Positions 10,557-23,975 of a DNA stretch of 64,000 bases are shown here, piece after piece. The stretch is from Octopus sinensis. Lineage: Eukaryota. The stretch is from the NCBI RefSeq assembly GCF_006345805.1, contig NC_043009.1, forward strand, positions 48,236,001 through 48,300,000, read 5' to 3'. A program made the position numbers and the translations under genes. The notes beneath the pieces were generated by a model. The model searched no databases, was not told the DNA's origin, and worked only from the letters and a program-made list of their open reading frames with translations. The number at the start of each line of letters is the position of its first letter. Positions within the stretch are counted from its first letter, which is position 1.

Positions 10557-11157
10557 ATTGGTATATATGAGATATGTATATGGTGTTTCTTTGCCTCCAC
10601 CTACGAAGTGCTTGTCATTTTCAAATATTTCCCTCAACTTAAATTACTTAGACATATAAGAGAAAAAAAACTTGCTAAAATTGAGACGGTATCTATACAA
10701 ATCAATGAAGATGACATCTGCAGCACCTGCCATGTCTCTGCTATAACATTATCTTCATACATGGTCTCCTTTCATGTTTGGAAGAATGATAATTCCGAAG
10801 ACAATCTTGAAGTGGCAGTCGTGTCTTTTAGCTTTTGTTGTTTACTTTATTTCTGTCATTGAACTGTGACCATACTGGGGCATCACCTTGAAGGCTTTTA
10901 GTTGAACACATGGACTTCAGTTCTTATCCTAAGTTTGGTATTTATTCTGTCAGATTATTTTTGCTGAATTCTTGGCTTCTGGGACGCAAAAAAACAAACA
11001 ACGGTTGTTAAACCGTGATGGTGGACGAAGGACAAACGTAGATAAAATCACACACACACACACACACACATACACACACATGCACACATACACACACACA
11101 CACACACACATACAAACACACACACATACAAACACACACACATGTATTGATAGAAAC

Positions 11158-11390
11158 GTGTAGTTTAGTTTTTAGGGTGTTGGATTCATAATCGTAAGTT
11201 TGTGGTTTCGATTCCTGGATCCGGTGACACGTTGTGTTCTTTATTAAAAAAATTTATTTCGAGTCGTGTTTACTCAGTTGGCAAAAAATGAGTAATCCTG
11301 TAGTGACGGATCAGCATCCCGTTCCGCAGCGAATAAACGGGACGCAGAAACCAGCCCTACCTGTCTACACGAGACATGAAGGACCTATAT
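11158..11390 (+). mobile_element. Diverged tRNA-derived SINE (C-related)
   Basis: gtgtagtttagt..ggtttcgattcctgga head, then ttgtgttctttatt..tactcagttggc. Confidence 0.6.
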
Positions 11391-11399
11391 CTATCTATC

Positions 11400-11630
11400 T
11401 TTTTTTTTGTTTTACTTGTTTCAGTCATGTGACTGTGGCCATGCTGGGGCACCACCTCAAAAGGTTTTACTTGAACAAATCGATATCAGGGCACTTTTTT
11501 GTTTTTGGAGCCTGGTACTTATTCTATCAGTCTCCATTGCCGAACCACCAAGTTATGGGGACATAAACACACCAACACCAGTTGAAAAGCAGCAGTGAGG
11601 GACAAACACAGACACAAAGACACACACACA
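11400..11630 (-). mobile_element. SINE family A, 3' half
   Basis: tttacttgtttcagtcatgtgactgtggccatgctgggg.. Confidence 0.8.
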
Positions 11631-11707
11631 CAAATATGTAGATATCAAATCAACCTTAAGACCTTTTTCTTTTGAAGCAGAACCACTAAATTACAGGGAC
11701 ATATATA

Positions 11708-12045
11708 TTTCTTTTATTTGTTTCAGTCATTTGACCGCGGCCATGCTAGAGCATCACCTTTAGTCGAATAAATCGACCCCAGGACTCATATTTTGTAAGC
11801 CTAGTACTTATTCTATCGTTCTCCTTTTGCCGAACCGCTAGGTGACGGGGTTGTAAACACACCAACGTCGGTTGTCAAGCGATTGTGGGGGTACAAACAC
11901 ACATATACGACGTGCTTCTTTTCAGTTTCCGTCTACCAAATCCACTCACAAAGCGTTGGTCGGCCCAAGGCTGTAGTAGAAGACACTTGCCTAAACCTAG
12001 AACCATGTGGTCGATAAGTAAGCTTCTTACCACACAGCCACTCCT

Positions 12046-12049
<4 letters not shown>
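11708..12049 (-). mobile_element. SINE family A, near full length
   Basis: Head (tgcgcaggagtggctgtgtggtaag) through tail. Confidence 0.9.
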
Positions 12050-12103
<54 letters not shown>

Positions 12104-12852
12104 TATATAATATACATACATACATTCGCACAGTCTACCAAATTCACTGACAAGGTATTGGTTGATTCAGGGGATAAAAGAAGTCGTCTGCAAAGTTGCT
12201 GCACAATGAAACTGAACCCAAAACCTCGTGGCTACAACGCGAATTCCTTAACCACTCAACCAAGCGTACGCCTGTAATATCTTTGAGACTGCAATACTTT
12301 ATTTTTGTTTGTTTGCCAAATAAAATCTTCAAGGAACTAAAACGAAATCCTGTTTGGAGTCGAATCGAACTTGTTTCACCGAGCGCAACTCACGAAGAAA
12401 TTTGTTTCTACCCATTCTTCTTTTCCTAAAATCTTTCAGAGAATAATTATGAGTGGAAATATCCTGGTACATTTCGATTCTGTGTATGTATGTGTGTTTG
12501 TTTGTTTGTTTGGCAAATCGTTATGTGTCGACGATAGAGCTTATCACGAAAAAATATGATATCTATATAATATATAACCCTCACCTTTCAGATGATCTCT
12601 TACCATTATCTTAATAATTCCTCCAACGAGATAGCAATACAAATACGAAATATATTTTCTTCCTCCATTAGGTTTTAGAAAACGTTGGGTGGACAGCACA
12701 CGCGCGCGGGTTTGCGGATTTTGTGTGTATATAGGCGCGATCGCGTGAGTGTGGTAATGTTTCGGGGCAGCGATAATTTTTCGAGAGAAGAAATAACAAA
12801 AAGAAATAAATGAAAATATATTTTTTTTATAGGTTTCCTATCTGATACCCAT

Positions 12853-12889
<37 letters not shown>

Positions 12890-12899
12890 TTCTTTATTT

Positions 12900-12992
12900 T
12901 AACCCTCTCTCTGCTTCATTATCTGTCTGTCTGTCATTCTGTCTGTTTGCCTGCCTTCCTGCCTGCCCCTCTCTCTCTCTCTCACTCTCTAT

Positions 12993-13068
<76 letters not shown>

Positions 13069-13289
13069 ATGTTGCTTTCTCTCTTTACATCACTCTCTCC
13101 CTCTCTCTCTCTCTCTGTATCCATATTTCTTTCTTTCTTTCTTTCTGTCTTTCTCTCCCTTTCTTCCTTCCTTTCACCAAACGCAACTTTCTTTCTTTCT
13201 TCTTTCTTTCTTTCACTCTCTTCAATCCCCCTCTCTCTAACGATATATCCTTCTCCCCTTGTTGTCTTTCACCCTCTCTCTCTCCTTAG

Positions 13290-13354
<65 letters not shown>

Positions 13355-13396
13355 AATCTATCTGTCTGCCTTTCTCTCACTCTCTCTTTCTTTCCC

Positions 13397-13433
<37 letters not shown>

Positions 13434-13958
13434 CACTCACTCTCTATCTATCTATCATTTATGGTACTAAGGAACCTTGCACAAGTAAGTACAATAACTC
13501 TGGTTTCAAACCAAAATCCAATCGCTCTCTCTCCCTCTCTCCGTTTTTCTTTCCTTCTCTCTCTCCCTCTCTTTTTTCTCTCTTTCTGTCTCTGTCTCTT
13601 TGTATCTTCCTATACTCAGAAACATAGAAGAATCCAAAACCACACACACGCACATAAAAATACTAATAAGTACATATATAACTGCATACGTAAATACATA
13701 CGCTAACACATTCATACACACACACATACATACATACACGAATACATTCATAAATACAAACATGCACACATACACACACACGTGCGTGCGCCGGCATACA
13801 TGTACGCGCATGCATGTTTACATATTTCTCTGTTTTTCTCTGTTATTTTTCATTTTCGTTATATATGTATGTAGGCATGCGTGTGTGTGTATGTGTATGT
13901 ATACACGTATGTATGTTTATATATATATATACACACACATATGGAGAGAGAGAGTGAG

Positions 13959-14001
<43 letters not shown>

Positions 14002-14011
14002 ATATTCTATA

Positions 14012-14045
<34 letters not shown>

Positions 14046-14100
14046 CATATATACATGCGCGTTTTTCTTGTATCTGTCTATCTGTCATTATCTCAATCGT
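12900..14100. repeat. Compound (CT)n/(ATCT)n/(CA)n/(TA)n microsatellite field
   Basis: Direct sequence. Confidence 0.95.
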
Positions 14101-15049
14101 TTTCTTTGATTACTCTTTCTCTTTATCTTTATTCCTCACGTCACTTTCCATCATCTTGTTAACTAGATAAAAAGATAAAAGACACTTTTAAAAATTTCCT
14201 CTTAAGGTACTTTTAGAGAATACTGCCCGGAACATTAGCAGGAAAATACTAAAAACTTGCCAAAATATAGGCACACTATAAATATAATGCAGAATGACAA
14301 TAAATTTGTGTAAATAGCTTTTTGGACTTTGCTTGCAGATGCAGTTCAAATATGATGGAATGATTCAATTTTAGAAACCATTGCGAATGCATAAAAAGAA
14401 AAATGTAAACGCCACGCACGCGCACACACTCGCACACATTACATACATAGGGAGAAAGAAAGAGCGAGAACTTGAGAGAGAGAGAGAGAGAGATAGAGAG
14501 ATAGAGAGATAGAGAGATAGAGAGATAGAGAGAGAGATAGTGAGAGAGATGAATGATATCTGCCGAAGTAAGGGAAAATGGGTGGACAATAGTTATGCCA
14601 TGACATTGCTGGTGGAGTTTCATGAGGTATCGCTTTCTGTAACTGCATTAGCTGGGAACTTTTAAAGCTGTAGAAAGTCAAGGAGAAGTGAGTGAGAGAG
14701 AGAGAGAGAGAGAGAGAAAATAAGAGAGGGAGAGGGAAGGAAGGGGAGAGAAAGAGAGAGAAAATATACTTGCATATATTTATATGCATATACTTGCCTA
14801 TTTACACCAGACGCACACATACGTATACACTCTGTATCATGCGCGTACATGAATACATATTAACAAAGGCAAACACATATAAGGTGTCACATGCATAAGA
14901 CAGACTTATACTTATCGGTCACAAATCAAACGCACACATACTGTACACGTGTATATATTCTTAAAACTTCTTATACACCAATATTTATGTGTATATGTAT
15001 ATCTATATGTGTGCGCGTACGGATATATACTTTCCGCTAAGTTAAGAAC

Positions 15050-15270
15050 TGCTGAGTTATAAGGACGTAAACACCACTATATCGGTTATCAAGCGATGAT
15101 GGGAGACAGACAAAGGTACAAAGAGACACACATACAGAGCATATATACTTTCAGTTTCCGTCGACCAAATTCTCTCAAAATGTTTGACCGAGGTGCCATG
15201 CAGTGGGACTGAACGCGGAACCATGCAGGTGAGAAGCAAGCTTCTTACTGTACAGTCACCCCTGCTCCTA
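15050..15270 (-). mobile_element. SINE family A, partial and diverged
   Basis: ttcagtttccgtcgaccaaa..gtgccatgcagtgggactgaac. Confidence 0.75.
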
Positions 15271-15986
15271 TATGAACTACTATTATTAATGACAACCATT
15301 TCTATATATTGGTTAACTAAATGAATAACTATTTCTATTCTGAACACTAGCTGATAGGCCGAACAGTCATCGAAACATCTTGACATATTATCACGTGGTA
15401 ACTAGCAATGAGCATTTCATATTTAATTCAAGTAATATATTTGAGGTTCATCCTTCATAATTTGAGGAATTCACATGGAATCATAGCACCGTCTCCTCAG
15501 TGAGTCATTGTACACTCTTACTAATTAAATATCTCACTTAAACGGACTAAAATTGTAATGCCTAAGTTTATATGCATCTGTGTGTTTGTATGTATACATT
15601 TATGTATATATACATACATACACACACATACTCATTTGGGAATTACACGAACACTAATCGGAGTTTTGTGCTGAATTCAGGCTTGTAAGCAATTTGAACT
15701 GTCTTGTGCTTTTAACATCCTTAGACACATCCTTGCTGTACATTTGAATAATGTACATTCATAGTGAACTACATCTACCAAAATTATGATGGACTTCCGA
15801 GCCCCCTGAAACAGCTGTTGGAATTAGCACCTTGCCTCATCCCCTTTAAATCTCTCTGTTGTTTATACTCTGTGTAAGTTTGATCCATTAATAATAAATA
15901 CCTATATATTCATACTTAAACATTCATCGTCTGAAAGCCTTTAGTTTTTGCTTTCTTTCTATTTGCATGTACTCCACGCACACACA

Positions 15987-16032
<46 letters not shown>

Positions 16033-16328
16033 CACACACACACACACACACACACACACAACACACACACACACTCGTATACACACATATGGCATATTAA
16101 ATCCAAGCTGTTATATTTAATTTGTTTATCAGCAATACACATAAATACGTGAATGCAATATACAGATATGCATGCATATGTATATGCGTATATAAAAGTA
16201 CACATACATATATATATATATGTACATACGTACATACATACATACATACATATATACATAAATACATACGTACATACATACATACATACATACATACATA
16301 CATACATACATACATACATACATACATG

Positions 16329-16359
<31 letters not shown>

Positions 16360-16371
16360 TGTATCCTAGTA

Positions 16372-16512
16372 GCCCTGACCGTCCAGTGGTTAGAAACCCC
16401 ACACTGTGGACGTGGTAAACCAGGTCCGATTCCTGATCTCGACAGGTTGCTAAATTTTTTAACGATGGTGCCAGAGCATGACCGCTGCTTTAACGTTGAA
16501 AAGAGTTAAAGA
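16372..16512 (+). pseudogene. tRNA-His(GTG)-like pseudogene or SINE head with a family-A-like tail
   Basis: gccctgaccgtccagtggttag..cacactGTGgacgtgg..aggtccgattcctgatctcgaca is collinear with eukaryotic tRNA-His, but acceptor and T stems are mismatched. Downstream gagcatgaccgc..gagttaaagagta resembles the SINE A tail. Confidence 0.6.
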
Positions 16513-16955
16513 GTATATATATATATACCCAAACACATATGCACTCATAATCTGTCACACACATAATCTGTCTTCGTCTTCTTTTTCAGCTGTAACCATT
16601 TTATATTCTTCCCCAGCTGAAGCTCTCTTCGATAAATACGCGTTGTGCTTTATCTAATGCTTACATACAGTTCTGTTCAAAATGTTTATAACAACACAAA
16701 GCCTATCTTTGTTAGTATTAGTTCCTTTATCAGCAAACTGCTGGAAGATGCAGATGATGATAGCTTGTCTATTACGTGACAGAAAATTTTACTTATCCTG
16801 GGCTGGGTGTCTTAAGTTTTCAACAGGTACCTTCATTGTCACATTCTCGTTTTCTCTAGATTAACAATTAAATGGCTGTACTCGGTTGAAAAAAAAAAAA
16901 TCAAAATGTGATTATTGCAAAGTTTTCTCCTCTTCCCGTTTCTCTTGTTTATCAG

Positions 16956-16970
16956 CTGATGATATATTTG
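16956..16970 (+). CDS. Candidate 15-nt microexon (phase 1: xDDIF+G; or phase 0: LMIYL)
   Basis: ttttctcctcttcccgtttctcttgtttatcAG|ctgatgatatatttg|GTaagt: long pyrimidine tract, consensus donor, length divisible by 3. Confidence 0.5.
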
Positions 16971-17178
16971 GTAAGTGATATTATCTTCCTGGTTAGTCGT
17001 TTATCTGATTGTGTATTGTGACGTTCGTGGTATTTGGAATATTTGTACTGGAAAACCTTTGAAATCTCTCTCTCTCTTCTCTCTCTCTCTCTCTCTCTCT
17101 CGCTGTCAGTCTGCCTATCTGTCAACGCCTGTATGAATGTCTATATATATACATATATGTGTGTATATGCGCACCACG

Positions 17179-17221
<43 letters not shown>

Positions 17222-17355
17222 TTCTGCATGTATGTTTGTGTATGTATATGTAGAAATCAATATATAATATCCAGCAAGCTACAGAAACATGTAAAAGAAT
17301 AAAAAGAATGCACATACACACATATAGATGTATGTGTACGTATATGTATAAATGA

Positions 17356-17423
<68 letters not shown>

Positions 17424-17425
17424 TG

Positions 17426-17801
17426 TGTAGGCGCAATGATCTAGTGGTTAGAGCAGCGGATTCACATTCGTAGGATCGCAGTTTCGATTCCCAGACCGGG
17501 CGTTGTGTTTATTGATTGAAAATACGTAAAGCTCCATGAGGCTCCGGCAGGGAGTGGTGGCGAACCTTGCTGTACTCTTTCACCACAACTTTCTCTCACT
17601 CTTTCTTCCTGTTTCTGTTGTACCTGTATTTCAAAGGGCCAGCCTTGTCACACTCTGTGTCATGCTGAACATCCCTGAGAACTACGTTAAGGGTACATGT
17701 GTCTGTGGAGTGCTCAGCCACTTGCACGTTAATTTCACGAGCAGGCTGTTCTACTAATCGGATCAACTGGAACCCTCATCGTCGTAACCGACGGAGTGCC
17801 G
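17426..17801 (+). mobile_element. SINE family C (OK-like), full length
   Basis: ggcgcaatgatctagtggttagagc..gtttcgattcccagaccgg head; tail gtcgtaaccgacggagtgcc. Confidence 0.9.
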
Positions 17802-17810
17802 TAGTATATA

Positions 17811-17914
17811 TATGAGGAGTGTATGAAAAGTTCTGATCCTTCAAAGCCTTTGAGCCTTGAAGCCTTGTACTATGTTTTGTTTTTCGAAGCTCAAGACTTT
17901 TCGTACACCCCTCG

Positions 17915-17916
<2 letters not shown>
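17811..17916. mobile_element. Mariner-type MITE (~106 bp)
   Basis: Left tatgaggagtgtatgaaaagttctga vs reverse complement of right tacgaggggtgtacgaaaagtcttga; TA flanks. Confidence 0.8.
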
Positions 17917-17957
<41 letters not shown>

Positions 17958-19345
17958 CATACACACACACACACACACACACACACCACACACACACACA
18001 CACACATGAATATAAGCATAAAATTATATTATTCGTAACCACTTCAATGTGCTTGTCCGTTCGAACGGACTCTACTGCGATTTTTTAACCCCAAGAGGAC
18101 ATCTACTCTCGGTGGTTAACGATGCACAGATGCCTCTGATAAATTGTGAGCAAGGGACCGAACTCCTACTAACTCCTGGAAACGAGACCGGCAGACATAG
18201 CCCTTGTTTCGAGCTATTTCTGCCACTCTACGGTGCTGGACACTTCGTCTGCTAGAGATGGCAGTGGCTCGCCTCTACTCGCAGTTATATATTTCAAGCG
18301 AACACAGTCGTTGATTTTGCATCTAAAATCTCTCTAAGAGATGGACGCAGTAGTTGTACTGACAAGTAATATTCGTGGCCACTTCAACATGGCTGTCTGT
18401 TCGAACTATACATATAGCTTGATTCTTTCAATCATATGTTTACTCGACTAGAGCTGACCTGCTAAAAATAGCAGCCAAATCTCTCTCAAATGTTCACATT
18501 AATATCTTTGCAAAAATGACACTTTGCATTTCAACCTGATTTCTTGCACACAGGAAAAAGACGGGGTGGTTACGGTTGGAATGTCTTTGATCATAGGTCT
18601 ATTTGACGTGGACTGATTTGACTTCTGGTAAAACAGCAACTATGCCGGACTAGATGGCTTACGATATTTGTTCGGGATATTTGCATTTTGAGTTCAAATC
18701 TTACTGAGATGGCATCAATGCAGAAAATACTTGGTTAGGACAGTGGAGTGGAGCATTGAGCATGATACCACGCGGTATTTATTCAGGGCCTTTGCCTTCC
18801 GAGTTCAAATCTCGTTTTGATTTGCCTGGATGGTAGTCTTAGAATGTTACCCGGCTAAACATCACTAACTGAGATCTTGGCTATTTTTGGTTATGTTTCT
18901 GGTCTGAGGATAACTTTCTGTTTCCCTTCCACCAATCTCGGTTTCCCTGTAAAGGATTATGACTGATGCTTTCTCTTTTGACGAAGTGATTAAGGAAAAA
19001 ATAGTGATGCGGCGATTTAGCCCCACTGGTCAGGTAAACCCTTGTCGAGTAAAAGTATGAACAAAACCATTGCAGCAGTAAACATCCAATCCTTTCCCTA
19101 TGTATAAAAAAAACATATATCTTTTCTGAAGATATTAATGTGGGTATTTATGGGAAATTTGGTTGGTGTTTTTGGCAGGTAGATCGATACCGAAGTTGTT
19201 CTTACTTGGTTCGGTTTGGTGTAACTGAATTTTTTGATTATTTACTGAGCGATGACAGAGAGAAGGGAGGGAGAAAAAGGGAGGGGGAGAGAGAGGGAGA
19301 TAGAGATAGATGGATAGATAGATAGATATAAAGAGAGAGGGAGAA

Positions 19346-19376
<31 letters not shown>

Positions 19377-19507
19377 AAGAAAGCGTGAGTAGTAGTCTAC
19401 GGTTTCACTCTTTCTCTTCCACAACCACCATTATGAAAGAACCTCTAAAAGCCATACAAGCTATCCTTCATCCTTTGTCAACGTCCTAAAACAAATGCAT
19501 TCACTCA

Positions 19508-19562
<55 letters not shown>

Positions 19563-19660
19563 CTGTACACAGTTGAAATTTACAGAAAAACAAAAAGACG
19601 AAGACAAGTGTATAAACAACAAGGAGGTGTATTAGTTTGACGCTCGGGAATGTGAGAAAG

Positions 19661-19698
19661 CCTTTTACGTTTCGGGCCTACGCTCTTCGACAGAAAGG
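19661..19698 (-). ncRNA. Minimal hammerhead-like motif with U6 variant, one stem II mismatch
   Basis: CCUUU[CUGUCGA]A GAGC-GUAG-GCCC[GAAA]CG[UA]AAAGG; homologous to 30909-30945. Confidence 0.5.
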
Positions 19699-19721
19699 AA
19701 CACGAAGAAATAAACAGTAAG

Positions 19722-19785
<64 letters not shown>

Positions 19786-19934
19786 TAAAACTTGTGGATT
19801 TAGCAGTCACATACACACATACATGCACACACACACACACACACACACACAGTGTGTTTTCCCATACTTTCAGTCTCCAACGTTTCACTCAAATATCATT
19901 GGTTGACCAGAAGCTTAATATTGGTTCCAAATTT

Positions 19935-20102
19935 TGGTAAAAGACAATCAGTTTCGGAGTATAGATCAGCCGATACTTATCGACTTTGATATTATGAAAG
20001 GCAAAGTCGACCACGGCAGAATTTGAACTCAGAACATAAAGACGGATAAAATGCTGCTAAACGTTTTACCTTGAATGCTGATGATACTGCCAGCCCGCCG
20101 CC
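19935..20102 (-). mobile_element. SINE family B, diverged
   Basis: aaggcaaagtcgaccacggcagaatttgaactcagaac. Confidence 0.75.
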
Positions 20103-20899
20103 TTACACTGAAACTTAAATATTAGGCCAAGACACATGGCAAACCGTCACACAACGGATCGAACCCGGCTCCGTGTTTCTCAGAATCGTGCCACATAATT
20201 GCACAACCATGACAATGCACTGTGCAGGGAAATATAATCCACTTTTGTACGTTCATTATACTTAAACTAACAAAGAAGAAATAATACAACAGAGTAACAC
20301 TTCAGTATAGAGATCTTGTGTTAGATATAGCTAGATGCCGTCTCAATGCAAAACTTGCATGTACATATGCATATATATATATATATGTGTCTCTGTGTGT
20401 ATATGTATATGTATATATGTATTTATGCACGTATATACGTATTATGTATACACGTATTATGCATGTATATATACATGTATATATGTATTTATGCATATAT
20501 ATATATATATATATACACGACACACCTTCATCATATCTTCATCATACACATATACATGAAAGCACACGCACACAAGCATATTTATATACATATACAAAAT
20601 TTTAATGTTCGTGTGCGCGTGAATGGGAATGAGTGTGTGTGCGAGCGTGTGCGTGTGTGTGTGAGAGAGAGAAAAAGAGAGAGGGAGAGAGAGAGATCAT
20701 GTGTGTAATCAAAGATCTGTATAGAGAACGCGTAATTTAATATGAGATAAATATAATTCGATAAATGGGAAATATAATTTAATGATCAAACTAGCAAGAT
20801 GTAATGAATAAAACATAGGAAAAAAAAATTTGAAGGGTAACAGCGAAAGAATGCAACAGTTGTAGCGTCAGCAAGAGCAATGGCAACATATGCAATAGT

Positions 20900-20928
20900 A
20901 GTAGTGGTGGTAGGTAGTAGAAGAAGTG

Positions 20929-20970
<42 letters not shown>

Positions 20971-21327
20971 TTAGTAGTAGTAGAAGAAGGAGAAGAAAAA
21001 GAAGAAGAAGAAGCAGAAGATGAAGAAGAAGAAGAAGAGAAGAAAAGAAGAAGAAGAAGAAGAAGAAGAAGAAGAAAAAGACGAAGAAGAAGAAGAAGAA
21101 GAAGAAGAAGAAGAAGAAGGAGAAGAAGGAGAAGAAGGAGAAGAGAAGAAGAAGAAGAAGAAGAAGAAGAAGGAGGAGGAGGAGAAGAAGAAGAAGAAGG
21201 AGAAGAAGAAAAAGAAGAAGAAGAAGAAGAAGAAGAAGAAGAAGAAGAAGAAGAAGAAGGGTACCTTTCTGCTATCACTACCACCATAATCAACAAGAAC
21301 TCGTACAGCAAGTCATAGCAACAGTAG

Positions 21328-21396
<69 letters not shown>

Positions 21397-21585
21397 CATT
21401 AGTAGTAGTAGTAGTACTAGTAGTAGTAGTATTAGTAGTAGTAGTGATTGTAGAACAGTAGCTCTACTGCAATCAGCATCATCGGTATCAACATTATCAT
21501 CATCGACAACAACATTACTACATTAATATTTGAACTAAATTTAAACTGTAAAAGATGTCTGTCACCTTAAAACACAAAACAAAAG

Positions 21586-21633
<48 letters not shown>

Positions 21634-21660
21634 ATCTACTACTACTATCTACCTGCTGCT
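20900..21660. repeat. Compound (AGT)n-(GAA)n-(ATT)n-(ACT)n microsatellite
   Basis: Direct sequence; (GAA)-type tract ~20985-21260. Confidence 0.97.
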
Positions 21661-21664
21661 GTTA

Positions 21665-22055
21665 CTGCTGTCGTCAATGCCAAACTACGACAGAAGTTCC
21701 AATGATTTTGTAGTGGAGTGGTTGGGTAACCTGAAGTAAGCGATGGAGCGTGTTCACAGCGCGTCTGGTGTACCTCTGATATGAATCACCAAGGATTTTG
21801 CATTAAAGTCAGAATTGCTGCTACAGAAGCGACGGAGGAATTGAGTAGAAGGAAGTGACATATTTTGCGTAGATAGTAGTGGGGAGACAAATCGAAGAAG
21901 GAAAAGAAAAATCAGTTGGTTCGTAGTTGGCAGCGGTGAAGAAACGGAAATGTTGGGGGGGGGTCTTATCAAAGATACTAAGAGCGGCGTCTGAGATACT
22001 GTGGAGAGTTTTAACAAAAGGCTTGACAGATGTGAGCGAGACTTTTGGTGCGGGT
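21665..22055 (-). mobile_element. Possible decayed APE-type LINE (CR1/Jockey-like) ORF2 linker fragment
   Basis: Minus translation segments KPFVKTLHSIS, HFRFFTAANY, KSLVIHIRGTP, RCEHA resemble the endonuclease-RT linker; recall-based and weak. Confidence 0.35.
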
Positions 22056-22068
22056 GGTACTAGACGAA

Positions 22069-22300
22069 TTGAAGGCGGCAAGCTGGCAGAAACGTTAGCA
22101 CGCCGGGCAAAATGGGTAGCCGTATTTCGTTTGCCGTTACGTTCTGAGTTCAATTTTCGCCGAGTTCGACTTTGCCTTTCATCCTTTCGGGGTCGATAAA
22201 TTAAGTACCAGTTACGCACTGGGGTCGATGTAATCGACTTGATCTGTTTGTCTGTCTTTGTCCTCTCTGTGTTTAGCCCCCTGATGGTAGTAAAGAAATA
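22069..22300 (+). mobile_element. SINE family B, full length with 13-bp TSD
   Basis: ggtactagacgaa at 22056-22068 and 22301-22313 (third copy at 22321). Confidence 0.92.
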
Positions 22301-22454
22301 GGTACTAGACGAAAAATCGTGGTACTAGACGAAATTCTGGATCCGAATGAAACACATAGATAAGCGGATTGACACGATTTGTGTGCACTCTAGTGAACTA
22401 GGCAACGCCTGCTAACTGAAGTTGGAATTTACCAAGAGGGAAGCGAAGTTTGAT

Positions 22455-22810
22455 ATTTAGTTCTTTTCCTTTAGTTGTTTCAATCATTGGACAGCGGCCA
22501 TGATGGTGTAGCTCCTTGAAGCGGTTCAGTCTAACAAAGCGACTGCATTACTTAGTGTTTTAAGCGTGTACTTATTCTATGGTTACTTTGACGAACTGTT
22601 AAGTTTAAAAAATATAAACAAACCAGCACAAGCTGTCAACCAACACATGCACACATATATGCATTTGTACAACGTGCTTCTTTCAGTTTTCATTTACGAA
22701 ATCCACTGACAAGATTTAGGTCAGTCTGGTGCTATAGAAGTCCCTGAAACTGTCGCGCATTGGGACTGAACCAAGGAGTATGTGGTTGAAAGCAACGCTC
22801 TTACCATACA
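22455..22810 (-). mobile_element. SINE family A, old diverged copy
   Basis: gtttcaatcattggacagcggccatg..ctttcagttttcatttacgaaatccact..gggactgaacc. Confidence 0.7.
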
Positions 22811-23460
22811 ACCACGCCAGAAAAGACATTATAACAAAACATGAGAGCAAATTCAATGAAATGACGCCGTGTCGCAGTGATGGTCTCCGAGATTGTGTAG
22901 GTGGTGAAAATATCCTGTCAACTTACTGGATTGGTGAGCTTGACAGTGCAAAGACATTTTACGTCTAAGGTAGAGAAGAACTGGGAGATTGCCGTTGAAA
23001 GAAGGTACTTGAAAAGGCGAAGACTGTGTTTTCAGACATTACAACGTCATAACTGTGAAGAGAACTTCTTAACCAGACGATTAGGGTTGCTCCCAGTTGA
23101 TTGGCAAACATATCCGACAAAAGACACAGAGAATAAAAGAAACGTCCAGAAAATATGAACGTATTATGTCGATAGAAATACAAAACTTTCCAATAGAAAT
23201 TAAGAATTCTTAAGACATTTTGGACGTTGTCTATTGGCAGACAGATCAAGTGAACTTTGTGACATTTTCTTGTCAAAGTCATTCATCAATTATCACTAGG
23301 TGATATACATACATACATACATACATACATACATACATACATACATACATACATACATACATACATAAAAACACACAGACACACAGAGACAGACAAACAT
23401 ATACGCACACACCCACACGCAACCACACAAACACTCACACGTATATGTATATGTGTACAA

Positions 23461-23494
<34 letters not shown>

Positions 23495-23565
23495 TATTTC
23501 TAGATCTATCTGTTTTGAGTTTATAAATTGTTATGATGTACTCACTTAATATATTTATATTTAAA

Positions 23566-23975
23566 CTAGCAGCTAAGCCCGGATTTACCCGGTCTGTTTG
23601 GATGATGTGGCTGTGATCGTTTTCGGTTAGGTATAATCTATAACAGCGTTTCTCAACCTTATCATTTCGAGTCCCCTGTTTCGATTGGAGCCTCCAGCTG
23701 AATGAAAATTCTCTAACCCCACCCCGTCAGAAAACAGCTTCTAAGCAACTGGTTGTTTTAATGGCGGAAGAAAGAGGGGGAATTCCCTTAGAAAATGTTT
23801 TAATCCCTTTTTTCGCTATATATCGGTGCTAGGAGAAAATACAAACCGCATTCCAACCTATGCACCCGTCTCCACATGTGTGCCATTTTTCACGCGAATC
23901 CACGCAGCCGTTTGGCTGTGAACCTCAAGACAAGAAAGAATACAACGATCGCCCATTTCCAATTTATATTATAGA
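23566..23975 (-). mobile_element. Non-autonomous Helitron
   Basis: Minus strand a|TCtataatataaa ... ccgg-gtaaat-ccgg hairpin ... gCTAG|t. Confidence 0.75.

Noticed and set aside
16590-16864. Additional acceptor-like sites giving EALFDKYALCFI* or KLLEDADDDSLSIT*
   Set aside because: No convincing donor, short frames, and compatible with chance in AT-rich DNA.
17426-17500. SINE heads as functional tRNA genes (also 26919, 42330-42399, 51981, 62243)
   Set aside because: No complete cloverleaf; each continues into SINE body sequence.
18037-18290. Minus-strand cagacgaag...cgaaac...gtc hammerhead-like string and gtccgttcgaacggac palindrome
   Set aside because: U4 is mutated and stems I and II do not pair; only a simple gcagac/gtctgc hairpin is supported.
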